A DNA stretch of 64,000 nucleotides. It comes from Candidatus Woesearchaeota archaeon (GTDB lineage Archaea > Nanobdellota > Nanobdellia > Woesearchaeales > GW2011-AR4). The DNA lies in assembly GCA_018303185.1 (NCBI GenBank), contig JAGVYR010000001.1:8461-72460 (forward strand). The letters run 5' to 3'. Under the pieces are notes generated by a model, which saw only the letters and a program-made list of their open reading frames with translations, was not told the origin of the DNA and searched no databases. Positions 28,571-39,400 of this stretch are shown piece by piece (within the stretch, counting starts at the first letter, position 1; each line of letters opens with the position of its first letter). The position numbers were made by a program, and so were the translations under genes.

Positions 28571-29413
28571 CTAAAAAAACAGCGGCGTGACAAAAACCTC
28601 AAGAAGGGCTGCAAAGAACAGCACGAACACCGCAAGGAAAACCAAATCCAGCGAATCCGTAAGGATGTGCCTAAACTTCCCGCTTCCGAAATCATGCCTT
28701 GATATTGCAACCGATATTATCCCGCCTGCCAGCCCTGCCATGAAATAGGCGAGCATCTCAGGCACTCCATGAATGCTGTACCTCAATAATCCAAGTGAAA
28801 ATGAGGAAAAGTAGTTCAGCCCTATGGTTGAGTGCACGAAATGCCCTATAGCTGCTCCAATAACTGAGGCGTTCCATGTCAGTATGAATATAGCCCCAGT
28901 TCCATAGAAAAACGCGAAAATCAGGGCAAATATCATCACAACAAGGTTATTGAAGAAGATGCTGCCGAATATTCCCACAAGGCTCACTGCATTTCCCGTT
29001 ATGTCAATGCCCTGCACCCTTTCAATCTCCTTTATCTGCACGCTGAAGACATTGAAGGTCACATCCTCGGGCAGGAAAACATACCATATTGAAAATGAAA
29101 CCACAAAACCCATAAAGAGGAACATAAAGAATGAAAGGGCCTTTCCGTGCTCCTTTATCAAAACCGCTTCTTCCTCATAGACTAAATCCTTCTTTTCCTC
29201 TATCTTTATCGCTGTGTACATGAAGGGCGTTGCAGCAAGCACTGTAAGGAATATGGCGACAAGGCTGGCATGCTCGGCAAAGATATAGAGCCCGAGCATT
29301 ATCGCGAGGGAGCTGTAAATCAGCCCTATGAAGAACATCTCCCAGGGCTTTTTCCCTGCCTTGACGGGATTGACAAGAGACTCGAATACCATGCCTTTTC
29401 TTCGGAATAGCAA
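28571..29413 (-). CDS. SpoIIM/DUF95-family membrane protein
   Basis: Five or six TM helices in a DUF95-like arrangement. Confidence 0.55.
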   Translation of the reverse strand: MLFRRKGMVFESLVNPVKAGKKPWEMFFIGLIYSSLAIMLGLYIFAEHASLVAIFLTVLAATPFMYTAIKIEEKKDLVYEEEAVLIKEHGKALSFFMFLFMGFVVSFSIWYVFLPEDVTFNVFSVQIKEIERVQGIDITGNAVSLVGIFGSIFFNNLVVMIFALIFAFFYGTGAIFILTWNASVIGAAIGHFVHSTIGLNYFSSFSLGLLRYSIHGVPEMLAYFMAGLAGGIISVAISRHDFGSGKFRHILTDSLDLVFLAVFVLFFAALLEVFVTPLFF

Positions 29414-29886
29414 TTTATATATTTTTGTATTTGTGGGTTAAGTATAGTACTATGTGTCGGAATTATTCCCTGCCCGAGCATTGTGGCGAGGGCTCATAAG
29501 TGCCGAGCGTGCTCAAAAATTTTCAATTTTTGGCATCCCGGAAATCTTGGATTTTCCAGGATATTGGCTCGGCCTAATTGTCCCGCGAAGCGGTATTTTT
29601 GATTTTTGTCACTTAATCTTACTTAACCGTATTTGTGGTTAAGGCAGAGCCGCCGAATTCATACGGTCGCCAAGTTAAGCGCCTTTTGCTCGGTTGTTTT
29701 TTTGATTTTTATTTTGTTGAAACAATGTTTATTTTTATTGAAGAAAAACAATGCCATTTAATCAGAACTTGTAACCTGCCTCGCAAAAATATTGGCGCTT
29801 AGCTTAACTTGGCTTTACTTTGCCTCAGACAAAAAGCGGGCCTGCCTTAACCTATATTTGCGAGAATAATAAGATAAGAAAACTTC

Positions 29887-30672
29887 TCAATAAAACGCCT
29901 TGAATTCTCCGACTTCGAGCCCTGACTTCGTGAACTTCAGCAGGTTTGCCCCGGGCACAATCTCCGTTCCCCTGAGCTTCTTGACAGCAACCGTCCTGTT
30001 GACGTTCTTGGAAGTGTCATTGAGCTGCATCTGTATGACGCCATCGCAGGCAAACTCAGAAACGCCGTCCTTGGTCAGCAATTCCGTCCCCGGTGGAGAA
30101 TCTGTCAGGTATATCGAAGTCGCTCCAAGGTCGTTAACCCTGTTTATGAAGAGGTAAGTGAACTGGGAAACATCCTCAAAAGGCGCATAGCCTGCAACCT
30201 TCAAAACCTTGTCCCTCCCCAAAACTCCTGTAGGATCCGGCTGGTCCTTCAGCGGAAGGCTGAACATCCTTGCGTTTATATTCAATGCAGAAAGGGAATC
30301 CACCACAATCCTCTGCGCCTTTATTTTCTTCGCTGCCCTGGTTATTGTCTCCACAATATTGTAGCCTATATGGTCAATCGGAACCTTAAGGAACTCAAGC
30401 TTTCCTTCCTTCTGAAGCTTTTCAAGGTCCCAGCCGAATCCCTTTCCATAGGTTTTGAGCTTCTCAGGATCGTCTTCGACTGATACAAAAAGCCCGTTCT
30501 CATTGTTTTCAACAGCCCCTCTATACAAAAACTGAAGCGCAAATATTGTCTTGCCGGTTCCGGGCATGCCGCACACAAGGATGCTCTGCCCCCTTATGAA
30601 GCCCCCTCCAACAAGCCCGTCAAAGCCTTTGACCCCGCTTTTCACCCTTTCAATTCCGGAAACTTTTGCCAT
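29887..30672 (-). CDS. KaiC/RecA-like single-domain ATPase (paralog 1)
   Basis: GIERVKSGVKGFDGLVGGG...GMPGTGKT (Walker A), RIVVDSL (Walker B) and the C-terminal ...LEVGEFKAFY. Confidence 0.8.
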   Translation of the reverse strand: MAKVSGIERVKSGVKGFDGLVGGGFIRGQSILVCGMPGTGKTIFALQFLYRGAVENNENGLFVSVEDDPEKLKTYGKGFGWDLEKLQKEGKLEFLKVPIDHIGYNIVETITRAAKKIKAQRIVVDSLSALNINARMFSLPLKDQPDPTGVLGRDKVLKVAGYAPFEDVSQFTYLFINRVNDLGATSIYLTDSPPGTELLTKDGVSEFACDGVIQMQLNDTSKNVNRTVAVKKLRGTEIVPGANLLKFTKSGLEVGEFKAFY

Positions 30673-30721
30673 TTTGATTCTTTACTGAAGGTTATTATTA
30701 AAGTTTTTGATTTGATAAGTT

Positions 30722-30800
30722 GGCGTGCGGCGAGGCTGGGGTCGCGCCCTGCGGGCTGCCGAGCAGGTTTTCGCAGAAAACCGTCGCACCGCCATAAAGC
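30722..30800 (+). repeat. GC-rich structured element R4, copy 1
   Basis: gcgtgcggcgagg...ggggtcgcgccctgcggg...aggttttcgcagaaaacc...gtcgcaccgcc. It is homologous to 51181-51262 and 53741-53832. Confidence 0.5.
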
Positions 30801-30815
30801 TTGGCTCAAGCTCAC

Positions 30816-31514
30816 TTAAAGCACAATAGTATCAGGGAAAACAACCATTCCCTTTTCAGTGATTCTCATCGAGCATATCTTGGATTCGTGCCTCGTGCCC
30901 CTCATCTTGTACACTTCAATGGCCCTGAACCTCAGCCCTTTCGGCTCTCTCTGGTTGTAGAGCAGTATGATTGCATCCGCCATGAATCCCATGACAGTCG
31001 AATGGTGCTTGTCAGGGTCCTGATCTTCCTCTGCGACAACAACAGCAGTGCAGCCCCATTCCTCAATCATGTCAAACAGCGCCACAAGCATCCTTCTCTT
31101 CTCTGCTTCTGTGTCAAAAAGCGCCGTATATGCAGACAAGGAATCTATCACAATCCTCTTTGCCTCAACTTCCTGGATTGCCTTCTCTATTTCCTTGCTC
31201 CTTTCTTTTACTATTTTAGCTATCCTTTCCGGGCTGTACTTCAAAAAAATGAAGCGCCCCTGGCTCTCAAGCTTGTTCAGGTCCCAGCCGAATTTGGACA
31301 TGTGGTCATAAAACCTGTTTTTCCTCTCTTCAAAGGAGATATAGATACCGGTCTCACCGTCAGTTATGCCCTCAACAAGAAACTGCGTCGCGAATATGCT
31401 CTTTCCGCATCCGCCGCCGCCCATTACAAGCACTGCGCTGTTCTTTTCAAAGCCGCCCTCTGTGAGCTTGTCAAGCCCTTTGATGCCTGTTGAAATCCTT
31501 GCTTCGTTGGCCAT
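30816..31514 (-). CDS. KaiC/RecA-like single-domain ATPase (paralog 2, divergent)
   Basis: GIKGLDKLTEGG...GGGGCGKS Walker A, RIVIDSL Walker B. Confidence 0.8.
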   Translation of the reverse strand: MANEARISTGIKGLDKLTEGGFEKNSAVLVMGGGGCGKSIFATQFLVEGITDGETGIYISFEERKNRFYDHMSKFGWDLNKLESQGRFIFLKYSPERIAKIVKERSKEIEKAIQEVEAKRIVIDSLSAYTALFDTEAEKRRMLVALFDMIEEWGCTAVVVAEEDQDPDKHHSTVMGFMADAIILLYNQREPKGLRFRAIEVYKMRGTRHESKICSMRITEKGMVVFPDTIVL

Positions 31515-31532
31515 TTTATCTGTAGAAGGCCA

Positions 31533-32219
31533 TCAGTAGAAGGCCTTGTATTCCTCTATCTCAAGCCCTGCTTTCGATATTTTCAGTATGTTCTGGCCGG
31601 GCGTGATTTCTGTGCCCCTCATCTTCTTTATGGAAAGCGTCCTGCTCACAGTCTTGCTGACATCATTGAGCTGCAGCTGTATGACTCCGTCGCATACAAA
31701 CTCCGACACTCCGTCCTTGGTGAGCTGGTCGCCGCCGCCTGCTGAGGGGCTGTCCGTTATGAAAATGCTTGTCACCCCGAGCTCTTCAAGCACCCCTACA
31801 AAAGAGTACACGAACTGCGTTATGTCCTCGAAAGCCATGTAAATTGATGAAAGCGAATCTACGACAAGCCTTTTTGCGTTCATCCTGGTGACTTGCTCCC
31901 TGACTTTGTCCACAATGTCAAATTTCTTGTCAGTAGGCGCAACATGAAGGAACTGTAGTTTCCCTGCCTTTTCCAGCGCCTCAATGTCTTTCCACCCGAA
32001 TTCAGCCCCGTATTTCCTCAGCTTCCTTGGATGCTCTTCAATGCTCACATAAAGCCCGTTTTCATTGAACTTCTTTGCGCCCATATACAGGAACTGCAGC
32101 CCGAATATTGTCTTTCCGGTCCCGGGAGTGCCGCATATCAGTGTAGAGTGCCCTCTGGGAATGCCTCCTCCGACAAGTTTTTCAAGCCCCTTTATTCCGC
32201 TGTTTATCCTTTCCATCAA
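31533..32219 (-). CDS. KaiC/RecA-like single-domain ATPase (paralog 3)
   Basis: GTPGTGKT, RLVVDSL and the C-terminal ...LEIEEYKAFY. A close paralog of the 29887 gene. Confidence 0.8.
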   Translation of the reverse strand: MMERINSGIKGLEKLVGGGIPRGHSTLICGTPGTGKTIFGLQFLYMGAKKFNENGLYVSIEEHPRKLRKYGAEFGWKDIEALEKAGKLQFLHVAPTDKKFDIVDKVREQVTRMNAKRLVVDSLSSIYMAFEDITQFVYSFVGVLEELGVTSIFITDSPSAGGGDQLTKDGVSEFVCDGVIQLQLNDVSKTVSRTLSIKKMRGTEITPGQNILKISKAGLEIEEYKAFY

Positions 32220-32234
32220 ATCATCCTTTCCATT

Positions 32235-32576
32235 TTAAGATGTCAGCTCATCAAGGAATTTTTCCAGTGACTTTTCCTCCTTCATTACAAACTTAAGGTA
32301 AGGTATTATGCCGATTATCAGCGCGACAAGCCCTACAAGCACCATGATGTTAAGCTGGTTTCTTGTGATAAGGTCGTTGAGCAATCCGACTATTGACACT
32401 ATAAGGAATGCAAAAAAAAGTATTATGCTCCCTCCGAGTATAAGCAGGGATTTTTCCCTCTCAATCTTCATCTTTTCTATCCTTAAAGAAATAATCTGCT
32501 TCTCTGCCTCGCTGAGCTTCCTCTTTGGAATGACGCGAAAGTCCTTTCTCTCAAGAAGCTCCTGATTTTCTTCCAT
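32235..32576 (-). CDS. small membrane protein (two TM helices)
   Basis: The ORF is in the track with a TTG start. I prefer the ATG at 32576 (MEENQ), which is preceded by a GAGGT Shine-Dalgarno and an upstream TATAAATA box. Confidence 0.5.
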   Translation of the reverse strand: MEENQELLERKDFRVIPKRKLSEAEKQIISLRIEKMKIEREKSLLILGGSIILFFAFLIVSIVGLLNDLITRNQLNIMVLVGLVALIIGIIPYLKFVMKEEKSLEKFLDELTS

Positions 32577-32631
32577 TAACAACCTCTTTTTAATTGATTT
32601 TTGAGTATAACGGATATTTATACTTTTGGTA

Positions 32632-34950
32632 TTACTTTTGGCTCATTGCTTTTAAAATTTCCTCTTTTGTCTTCCCTTTAGCCACTTCAGCCCCGATTTT
32701 AGCATCCCACTTCTTCATCCAGTCTGCAAAGTCATTCTTCTGAGCCGTGACGTGCTCCTTGAAAGTGTCGGGGTCCATGTTCTCTATTGCGTCATAAAGC
32801 TCCGTTGTATTCGTAACCATTACCCCGTTCTTGAGCTCCAGAGGGGGAACTTTAGCTGCAGCAGGGCCTCCTGCACTTCCTCCCTCTTTTTTCTTCTCTG
32901 ACTCAAACTTCTTCCTTGCTTCCTGGGCCCTTGCGAACTCTTCCCTGAGCTCTGATTCCGAGACAAGCTTTGTCCTTTTTTGCGGCGGCTCTTTGCCCAG
33001 CTTCTTCCACTGCTCTGCAACCCTTGGCTTCAGCCCGTCAAGGTAGATATCTACCATGTTGAAGCTTCCTGACTTTACCTTGTCAAGGGCCATCTTAAGC
33101 TCCAGCTTCAGGTCAAAGGCATCTATGTTTTCTTTCTCAAGCGCCTCTATTGAGTATTCAAGGTCATCAATCATGTCGTTGTATTTGTTGTAGTTGGAAA
33201 GCTCCTCATCGCTCAGCCTTGCGTGCTCGTGAAAAAGGGGCCTGAATGATATGAAATAAGGATTGCCCTTGTTATAGGCAGCGTTCTGAAGCATTCCTGT
33301 TCCTGTCGCGCTCTTCAGCAGGGACTGAAGCATGTAATCTCCGTATTTGGTCTTTATCCTGTCCAAATCCCCCTGGTCTCTCGTTCTCATCTGGACTTCT
33401 GTGTTTATGTTGGCTTTTGTCTCGCCGATAAAGTCCTTTAATACCTGGGAGATTAGCATTAAACCGACACCCCACTTCCTGAACTCCCTTGCTCCCCTTT
33501 CAATCTGGATGAATCCTGCGCCGGAGCCTCCGAACTTGGGCAGCAGCCTGTGAACCTCATCAAATATGACCATGAGCTTCAATACCGGGCTTTCGGGAAG
33601 GTTTGCGTGGAAAACTTCACGGATAGTATTAGCGACAAGTATGTCTGCATCTTCGGGGTCAAGCTTGTTTATTGTAAAGACGTTTATCTCTCCAGGCTTC
33701 ATGTATCTCTTGATGTCCACTCTTTCCCTAGCGTTGAGTATCTGCCTTACGTTCCCATTAAATGCTCTTGCGTCCCCTTTTTTAAGCCCGAACTTTGGAT
33801 AGAGGCCGAACATCTTCTTGTCAGTATTCTTTCTCAAAAAGCCTGACCACTGCGCCGTCGGGTCAAAAACTATGACTGACACGCCCTTAACAAGCGCCTC
33901 TTCGACAAGCACTTCTGCCGAGACTGTCTTTCCGCCTCCTGTTGAGCCTGCGATAAGCGTGTGGATTGTCAATTGGTCGAGGTCGAAATATGTTTTTTTT
34001 GTGGTTTCCGCAACCATGCCGAGATATGCCGTCCTTGGGCCCGACTTTGGCAGCAGTCCATAGTCTATCTTCATTGTATACCTCTTTTTCTTGGCTTTTT
34101 TCTTGAGATAGACTATGCCGCCTATCGAGCCTATGCCGAACACAATTCCCGCAAGTATGAGCCATCTTACAGGGATTATCCCCAGGAAAACATGGTCCCA
34201 GAAGGGCTCCACAACCTGGAAAGTCCTGCTGGCGCTTGTTTCCAAATCAAGATACTCTGCTGCAACATTGATTACGTAAGTTCCGGGCCTTATGAAGTCG
34301 GGCATGTCAAATTCCTTGACTATGTTGACAGAAGTTGCAAGCTCTACCACTTCTGACTCTTCAAAAAACGCCTTGTCGAACTTGTAGGTGGTGGTTCCAT
34401 CGTCAAGCCTGTCAATGCTGTATTTCATAGTGACATTGTACCTTTCATCAGAAAGCAGGTTCTGCACCCCAACTTTAAAATTGAAGATTTTTCCTATTGC
34501 GGCCTTTTCGGTAATCGGCTCTATCTCTATCAGAAGCGCTTCGACAGGGACAGCAGTGTTGCTTGTTACCGATATATTTATCGGAATTTGCTCATTTATG
34601 CTGCCGGAAATATCCAAAAAGCCGCTTCTGAATGAGGCATTCTCCCCGAATATGGTAAGCTTGACCTGTTCAGTGAGGCCCGGCTGCACATTCAGGCCTG
34701 TCCGGTCCATTGTTGCAATTCTTGATATGTCTCCTATGATGGTGAAGCTGACATCAATATTGCTCTCCCTGCTGTTCGTGATCTTTACTGGGATTTCCAG
34801 AAAGTCACCGCTCTTGACGCGCCTGTTGATTGACTCGGGGGATATGGAATATTGGTCTGACTGCGCCTGCGCAAAGCTGCTGAATGCTATTGCAAAAGCT
34901 AGCAAAATGCACGTCAGTACTGCAGCTTTAGTACGCTTATGGCTTCTCAT
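32632..34950 (-). CDS. membrane-anchored HerA/FtsK/VirB4-superfamily (DUF87-like) P-loop ATPase with an N-terminal extracellular domain
   Basis: Signal peptide, then a roughly 240-aa extracellular beta-rich region, a TM helix (WLILAGIVFGIGSIGGIVYL) and the cytoplasmic ATPase: Walker A GSTGGGKT, VIVFDPTAQW, Walker B MVIFDEVHRL. There is a long C-terminal coiled-coil tail. Confidence 0.7.
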   Translation of the reverse strand: MRSHKRTKAAVLTCILLAFAIAFSSFAQAQSDQYSISPESINRRVKSGDFLEIPVKITNSRESNIDVSFTIIGDISRIATMDRTGLNVQPGLTEQVKLTIFGENASFRSGFLDISGSINEQIPINISVTSNTAVPVEALLIEIEPITEKAAIGKIFNFKVGVQNLLSDERYNVTMKYSIDRLDDGTTTYKFDKAFFEESEVVELATSVNIVKEFDMPDFIRPGTYVINVAAEYLDLETSASRTFQVVEPFWDHVFLGIIPVRWLILAGIVFGIGSIGGIVYLKKKAKKKRYTMKIDYGLLPKSGPRTAYLGMVAETTKKTYFDLDQLTIHTLIAGSTGGGKTVSAEVLVEEALVKGVSVIVFDPTAQWSGFLRKNTDKKMFGLYPKFGLKKGDARAFNGNVRQILNARERVDIKRYMKPGEINVFTINKLDPEDADILVANTIREVFHANLPESPVLKLMVIFDEVHRLLPKFGGSGAGFIQIERGAREFRKWGVGLMLISQVLKDFIGETKANINTEVQMRTRDQGDLDRIKTKYGDYMLQSLLKSATGTGMLQNAAYNKGNPYFISFRPLFHEHARLSDEELSNYNKYNDMIDDLEYSIEALEKENIDAFDLKLELKMALDKVKSGSFNMVDIYLDGLKPRVAEQWKKLGKEPPQKRTKLVSESELREEFARAQEARKKFESEKKKEGGSAGGPAAAKVPPLELKNGVMVTNTTELYDAIENMDPDTFKEHVTAQKNDFADWMKKWDAKIGAEVAKGKTKEEILKAMSQK

Positions 34951-36475
34951 CTTCCGCCTTTTGCCCCACCAGTTTTATCGAATCCTCAATATAGTTGGTA
35001 ACAGCTTCAAGAACCCTGTATTGAGTAAGTATTCCTGCAACTTTATTCTTGTATATGACCGGAAGCCTTCTGTAATTCTTGTCGAGCATTATCTTGTTGG
35101 CCACAAACAGGCTTGTGCTTTGGTCGATTGTCTCTACGGGAGAGTTCATTATGTTCACGGCCTTGATTTTGGAAAATCCTTCCCTGCTTTTGTAAAATTC
35201 TCCCATAATATCCTTGATTGTGATAATGCCCATAAGCTTGCTGTCAGACTCGCTAAACTGCTGGTACACCAGTGCATATCCTTTCTTTGCCCTTGCCATC
35301 TTTCTGGCTATTTCCACAACAGGCTCATCCCTGCTCACTCTCAGTATGTCCCTGTCCATTATATTGCCGACATATGGCTGTCCGACAGGCTCCATCTGCT
35401 CTTTTGAAAACAGCTCGTTGATAAATTTAAGAAGGTCCGTCACTGTGACTATTCCGGCAAGCTTTTCTCCTTCAGCCAGGGGCAGCTTCCTTACTTTCTT
35501 TTTCTGGAGCGTTTGCATTGCCTTCAGCACAGTCCACTCATCAGAGCCGGCAACAAGGGGCGCGCTCATGATGTCCCTTGCTGAGGATTTTTCAGGATTA
35601 TTTTTTAGTATTGCGTTGGGAAGAAGATCGCTTTCTGTTATCATTCCAACAGGCTTCTTTTTGTCCATGACTACAAGGGAATTGAGGTTTTCCTCAAGCA
35701 TCTGTTTCATGACCTGAAGTGCGCGTGCATCTGCATCTGCTGTTTTGACATACCTGGACTTGATAAGGTAGAGTCTTGTTGTATCCAGTGCAACAGTGCT
35801 TTTCAGGAGCCCGTAGTTTGACAGGTTTGCCCTGTCTTTTCTCCTCCTATAAAGCCTGAAAGACAGGAAAGCTGCCAGGGCAGCAGCGAAGTAGAAATGC
35901 AGGTTTCTGGCAAAATGCCATGATATCTTTCTGGCATTGTCAAAAAATGTTCCCTGCCTTATGTCAATAAGGATGGTATTGATTATTGTCCCGCTTGACA
36001 GCTCGCTTTCAGGTCTCATGACCGTCAACGGCACTACTTCCACAGAGCCTCCCGGAGATGAAGGAACATCCGCAGAGGAAAGCCTTGGCTGCGTCATCAG
36101 CCTTATTGTGCTGTTTGGGGCTGCCCTTATCTGGCTCTGGGTAAAAAGGTAGTAGCCTTCAAGCATTGGGTTGCCGAATCGCATTGCCTCTTCTCTGGAG
36201 AGTGTTTTTGTGCGTGCTGCCCTTATTATCCCAAGGCTGTCTGTCCATTTTGCAGTAACCATTTCTCCGGAAACAGGATGGCCTCTTTGATCCACTATCC
36301 TCCCGTAAAGTCCTGTGGGGGGATTGCCGCTTGCACTGCATTCTCCGGTGCAGTTTTCAAGCACTATCTCGCTGCAGTCATCATTCTGGCAGGTAAGCCT
36401 TTGCGCACTTGTGCCTGCGGCTATCAGAGTGAATAAAACTATCGCAGACACTATAAAATTCCTGATTCTGTTCAC
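34937..36475 (-). CDS. membrane protein with extracellular domain and four cytoplasmic CBS domains
   Basis: Signal peptide, a Cys-rich extracellular part, a TM helix (FYFAAALAAFLSF) and then tandem CBS pairs (repeated hydrophobic-xDIM/DLL patterns). It overlaps the downstream ATPase gene by 14 nt. Confidence 0.65.
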   Translation of the reverse strand: MNRIRNFIVSAIVLFTLIAAGTSAQRLTCQNDDCSEIVLENCTGECSASGNPPTGLYGRIVDQRGHPVSGEMVTAKWTDSLGIIRAARTKTLSREEAMRFGNPMLEGYYLFTQSQIRAAPNSTIRLMTQPRLSSADVPSSPGGSVEVVPLTVMRPESELSSGTIINTILIDIRQGTFFDNARKISWHFARNLHFYFAAALAAFLSFRLYRRRKDRANLSNYGLLKSTVALDTTRLYLIKSRYVKTADADARALQVMKQMLEENLNSLVVMDKKKPVGMITESDLLPNAILKNNPEKSSARDIMSAPLVAGSDEWTVLKAMQTLQKKKVRKLPLAEGEKLAGIVTVTDLLKFINELFSKEQMEPVGQPYVGNIMDRDILRVSRDEPVVEIARKMARAKKGYALVYQQFSESDSKLMGIITIKDIMGEFYKSREGFSKIKAVNIMNSPVETIDQSTSLFVANKIMLDKNYRRLPVIYKNKVAGILTQYRVLEAVTNYIEDSIKLVGQKAEDEKP

Positions 36476-36482
36476 CTCTTTT

Positions 36483-39400
36483 TTAGTGCAAATTGCTTAT
36501 GTTGCTTATTTTACTATGCAGCTCCATGCATTTCTTTGACACTTCAGCCTTATGCTCCCTCGGGATAATGCTGTATAGTGATTGTATCTTCTTGTATATT
36601 GCGAATGACGCCTTTTTGTCGTTTGCCATTATGCTGCTTTCCGCTTCATCAGCCAGCTTATGCACATAAAGCATGTTGAGCCTGTGCGCCATGTCAGTCA
36701 CTGCCTGCTTTACTCTTTCTCTTTTCTCTTTCTCAAGCGCCCTGAACTTTTCTGTTATCTGCCTGTATTTCAGGGATGCGTTTTCATAATTCATCGCGGC
36801 AGCATCCGCATTCGCCTCTTCAATTATTTTTTTAAGCTCCTTCAGCTCCTTGCCGCCAAGAAGATGCGCAAATTTCTCGATGCCGCCCATTGAATACACG
36901 AAATAAAACCCTGCCAGCAGCACGATTGCAGCTATCTCGAGTATCAGCCTTATGTCGGCAGCATTTATGAAGCTTGTCGCCGCGCTTTCAAGTATCGAGA
37001 GCCCTATAAAAATCCCTTTGCTCTCAATCTTAAGGCTTTTGTCAAGAAGCATTGACTTTATGCTTTCAGAGTCATCAAGGCTTATTGATTTTTTAATAAG
37101 GTATGAGTATTCTTCAATCTTGTTCAGGTCTATCCGGACTATCGGGTCATATTGCACGACTTCATGGTCAAAAAGCAGCTCTGTCTCATTCAGGTCCTTT
37201 GCGATTTCTTTAGGAATCACCTCGTAGAAGACATAGTCCGATATGTTTGAATTCACCTTGACTATCTTATGGATCAGGGTATAAGTTCTCCTGTCTCCTG
37301 AGATATACTCAAAGTTCACAATCTTTGCCTTTGTTGTGACAGTGATTGCCGATTGCAAATTGAGGTTATGGCTTATAAGCTGCTCTTTTTCTCTCCTGGA
37401 GAACTTAAGGTTTGTCTGGTTTAGCAGCACACTGACCCCTTCCGCAATTTCTGGCCTGCCGGGATAGTTTACAAATTCCGTCGACTCGGCAACCTCAATC
37501 ACTCTTGGAGTTGTTTTTCTTATTTCCTCAACTCTATCCAGTATTTTCTGCGTTTCCTTTTCAAGCTCACTTTCATTCAGCTTTCTCCACTTGAGGCTGT
37601 GCAGGTCTCTATTTGCCCTGTCAAGGCTTGTAATGCTTCTCTCGAGCATCTCCTTGAGCCTGATCGCGTCAGCAGCTTCCTTCTCCTTTCCTGTAAGGCT
37701 TCCTGAATCCTCGATGGCAGACCTTATCTGCTGGACAAGGCTTTCTGTATCCCGGTCGCTCTGGTCAAGGTCGACAGAAAGCTCGTTTATTACCGCTTCT
37801 TCATTTACTACAAGGCTGTAAGTCTGGCTCGCGTTCAGGTTTCCGCTCCTGTCAATGCAGTCTACCTTCCATCTGTAGTCGCCATTGGGCATGTTAGCAA
37901 CCTTAAAATTGTTTGATGAGCCTGTAAGCACAGAGCTGTTCGATGCCTTGACCGAGGAGAATGGGAGGCTGTAGGGTTCATAATAAAGCCTGCATGTCAT
38001 GTAGCCGCCATCGGCTGCGGCATAAGTGAAGGTTACATTTCTCGAGCTGATTATTGTGTCATTCTGCGGGCTTATGAGATAGGCGATGGGGGCTTTTTCA
38101 TCCTTAAGAGTGAGATTGAAGCTCACTTCCTGATTATTGGCATTTATTGATATGTCCTTGGATAGCTTATTGTATCCTCTCTTTGCGATTTCTATATCAT
38201 GGCTGCCCTTATACACTGTAAATGATGCCTGCCCGCTGCTGCTCGTGTTCTTTTCTTCGTCATCCACCGATACTATGGCATTCTGTATGGCTGTTCCGGT
38301 GCCATTCTGCCTGACTGTCACGGTAAAGTTGAACATCTTTCTGACGCTTATAGTTTCTATGTCTGTCTGGTTCCAGAAAGAGTCTTTCACAGTCAAATTT
38401 ACATTATAAGTCCCGTTGAACTGGAACAGCTTTGTGGGATTTGATTCTGTGCTGTCTATCGTTCCGTCATTCTCAAAATCCCATTTGTACGTTACAGTTC
38501 CAGTATTTCCCGACACTGTTGCCGAAAAAGTGACTGCTTTCCCTTCATCTATTGAAGTTCTGTTGGCATTTATTGTAACGCTTAAAGGATTGCTTTGCGG
38601 CGCAAGCACTTCAAACTGCCTTGTTATTGTCTCCGTAACATTAATGTAATGCATGTCCGCTGTTATAGTATAATTTCCGGCATTGCTTGTGTTTTCTATC
38701 TTCCTTATCTCCGATATGGGAAATCCTGAAAACAAAGGCTGGAATAAATGCCTGTACGTGACAGCATTATTTTTCCTTACGGTCATGTTTACAGTGGAAT
38801 TTACTCTGGCTATGACTGTCGCATAAACACTGTCAGTCAGGTTGTATTGAAGCTGGCCTGTTGAGGCATTGAAAGGCACACACGAGCTGCAGCTTCCTCC
38901 GCAGTCTATTCCCGTCTCCTGCCCGTTCTGCCTTGCATCCGAGCAGCTGCCTATCTCTGTAAAGTTGAATTTGTAGAATTCCTGCCTCTCGTTTCCGTTG
39001 AAATCCCTTGCTTTTATAGTAAGGTTGTTTTTTCCTTCCATTACCGGTAATGCAATTTCTTTTTTTCTTCCTGTCCCGGCATCTTCAAATGCTGTAAATC
39101 CGTTATTGTTTGCATTATAGCTTATGTTCCCGTATTCGCTCAGAGTTATTTTTACAGGCAGTGAGAAAGTTATCTCTGACTGCTCGCTGTTGTTGGTTAT
39201 ATTCAGCGATATTGAAGGCGCTGCCGAATCCGCAACAGTAAAAGTATGCTCAAGCCTTCCGCCGCTGTAATTTATCCCGATTGTGTGCTGCCCGTTGGCA
39301 AGGACTCCATGCGGCAACGAGCCGTTCAGTAAAGATAAAAATGATGTATTTTCTCCCAAAGCAATTTTTTCCCCCGCATCCAGCGTATAATTCGCGTCAA

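Noticed and set aside
30366-30578. 70-aa ORF inside KaiC paralog 1 on the same strand but in a different frame, and similar small internal ORFs in other large genes
   Set aside because: It is fully nested in a gene with strong motif support, with no independent evidence.
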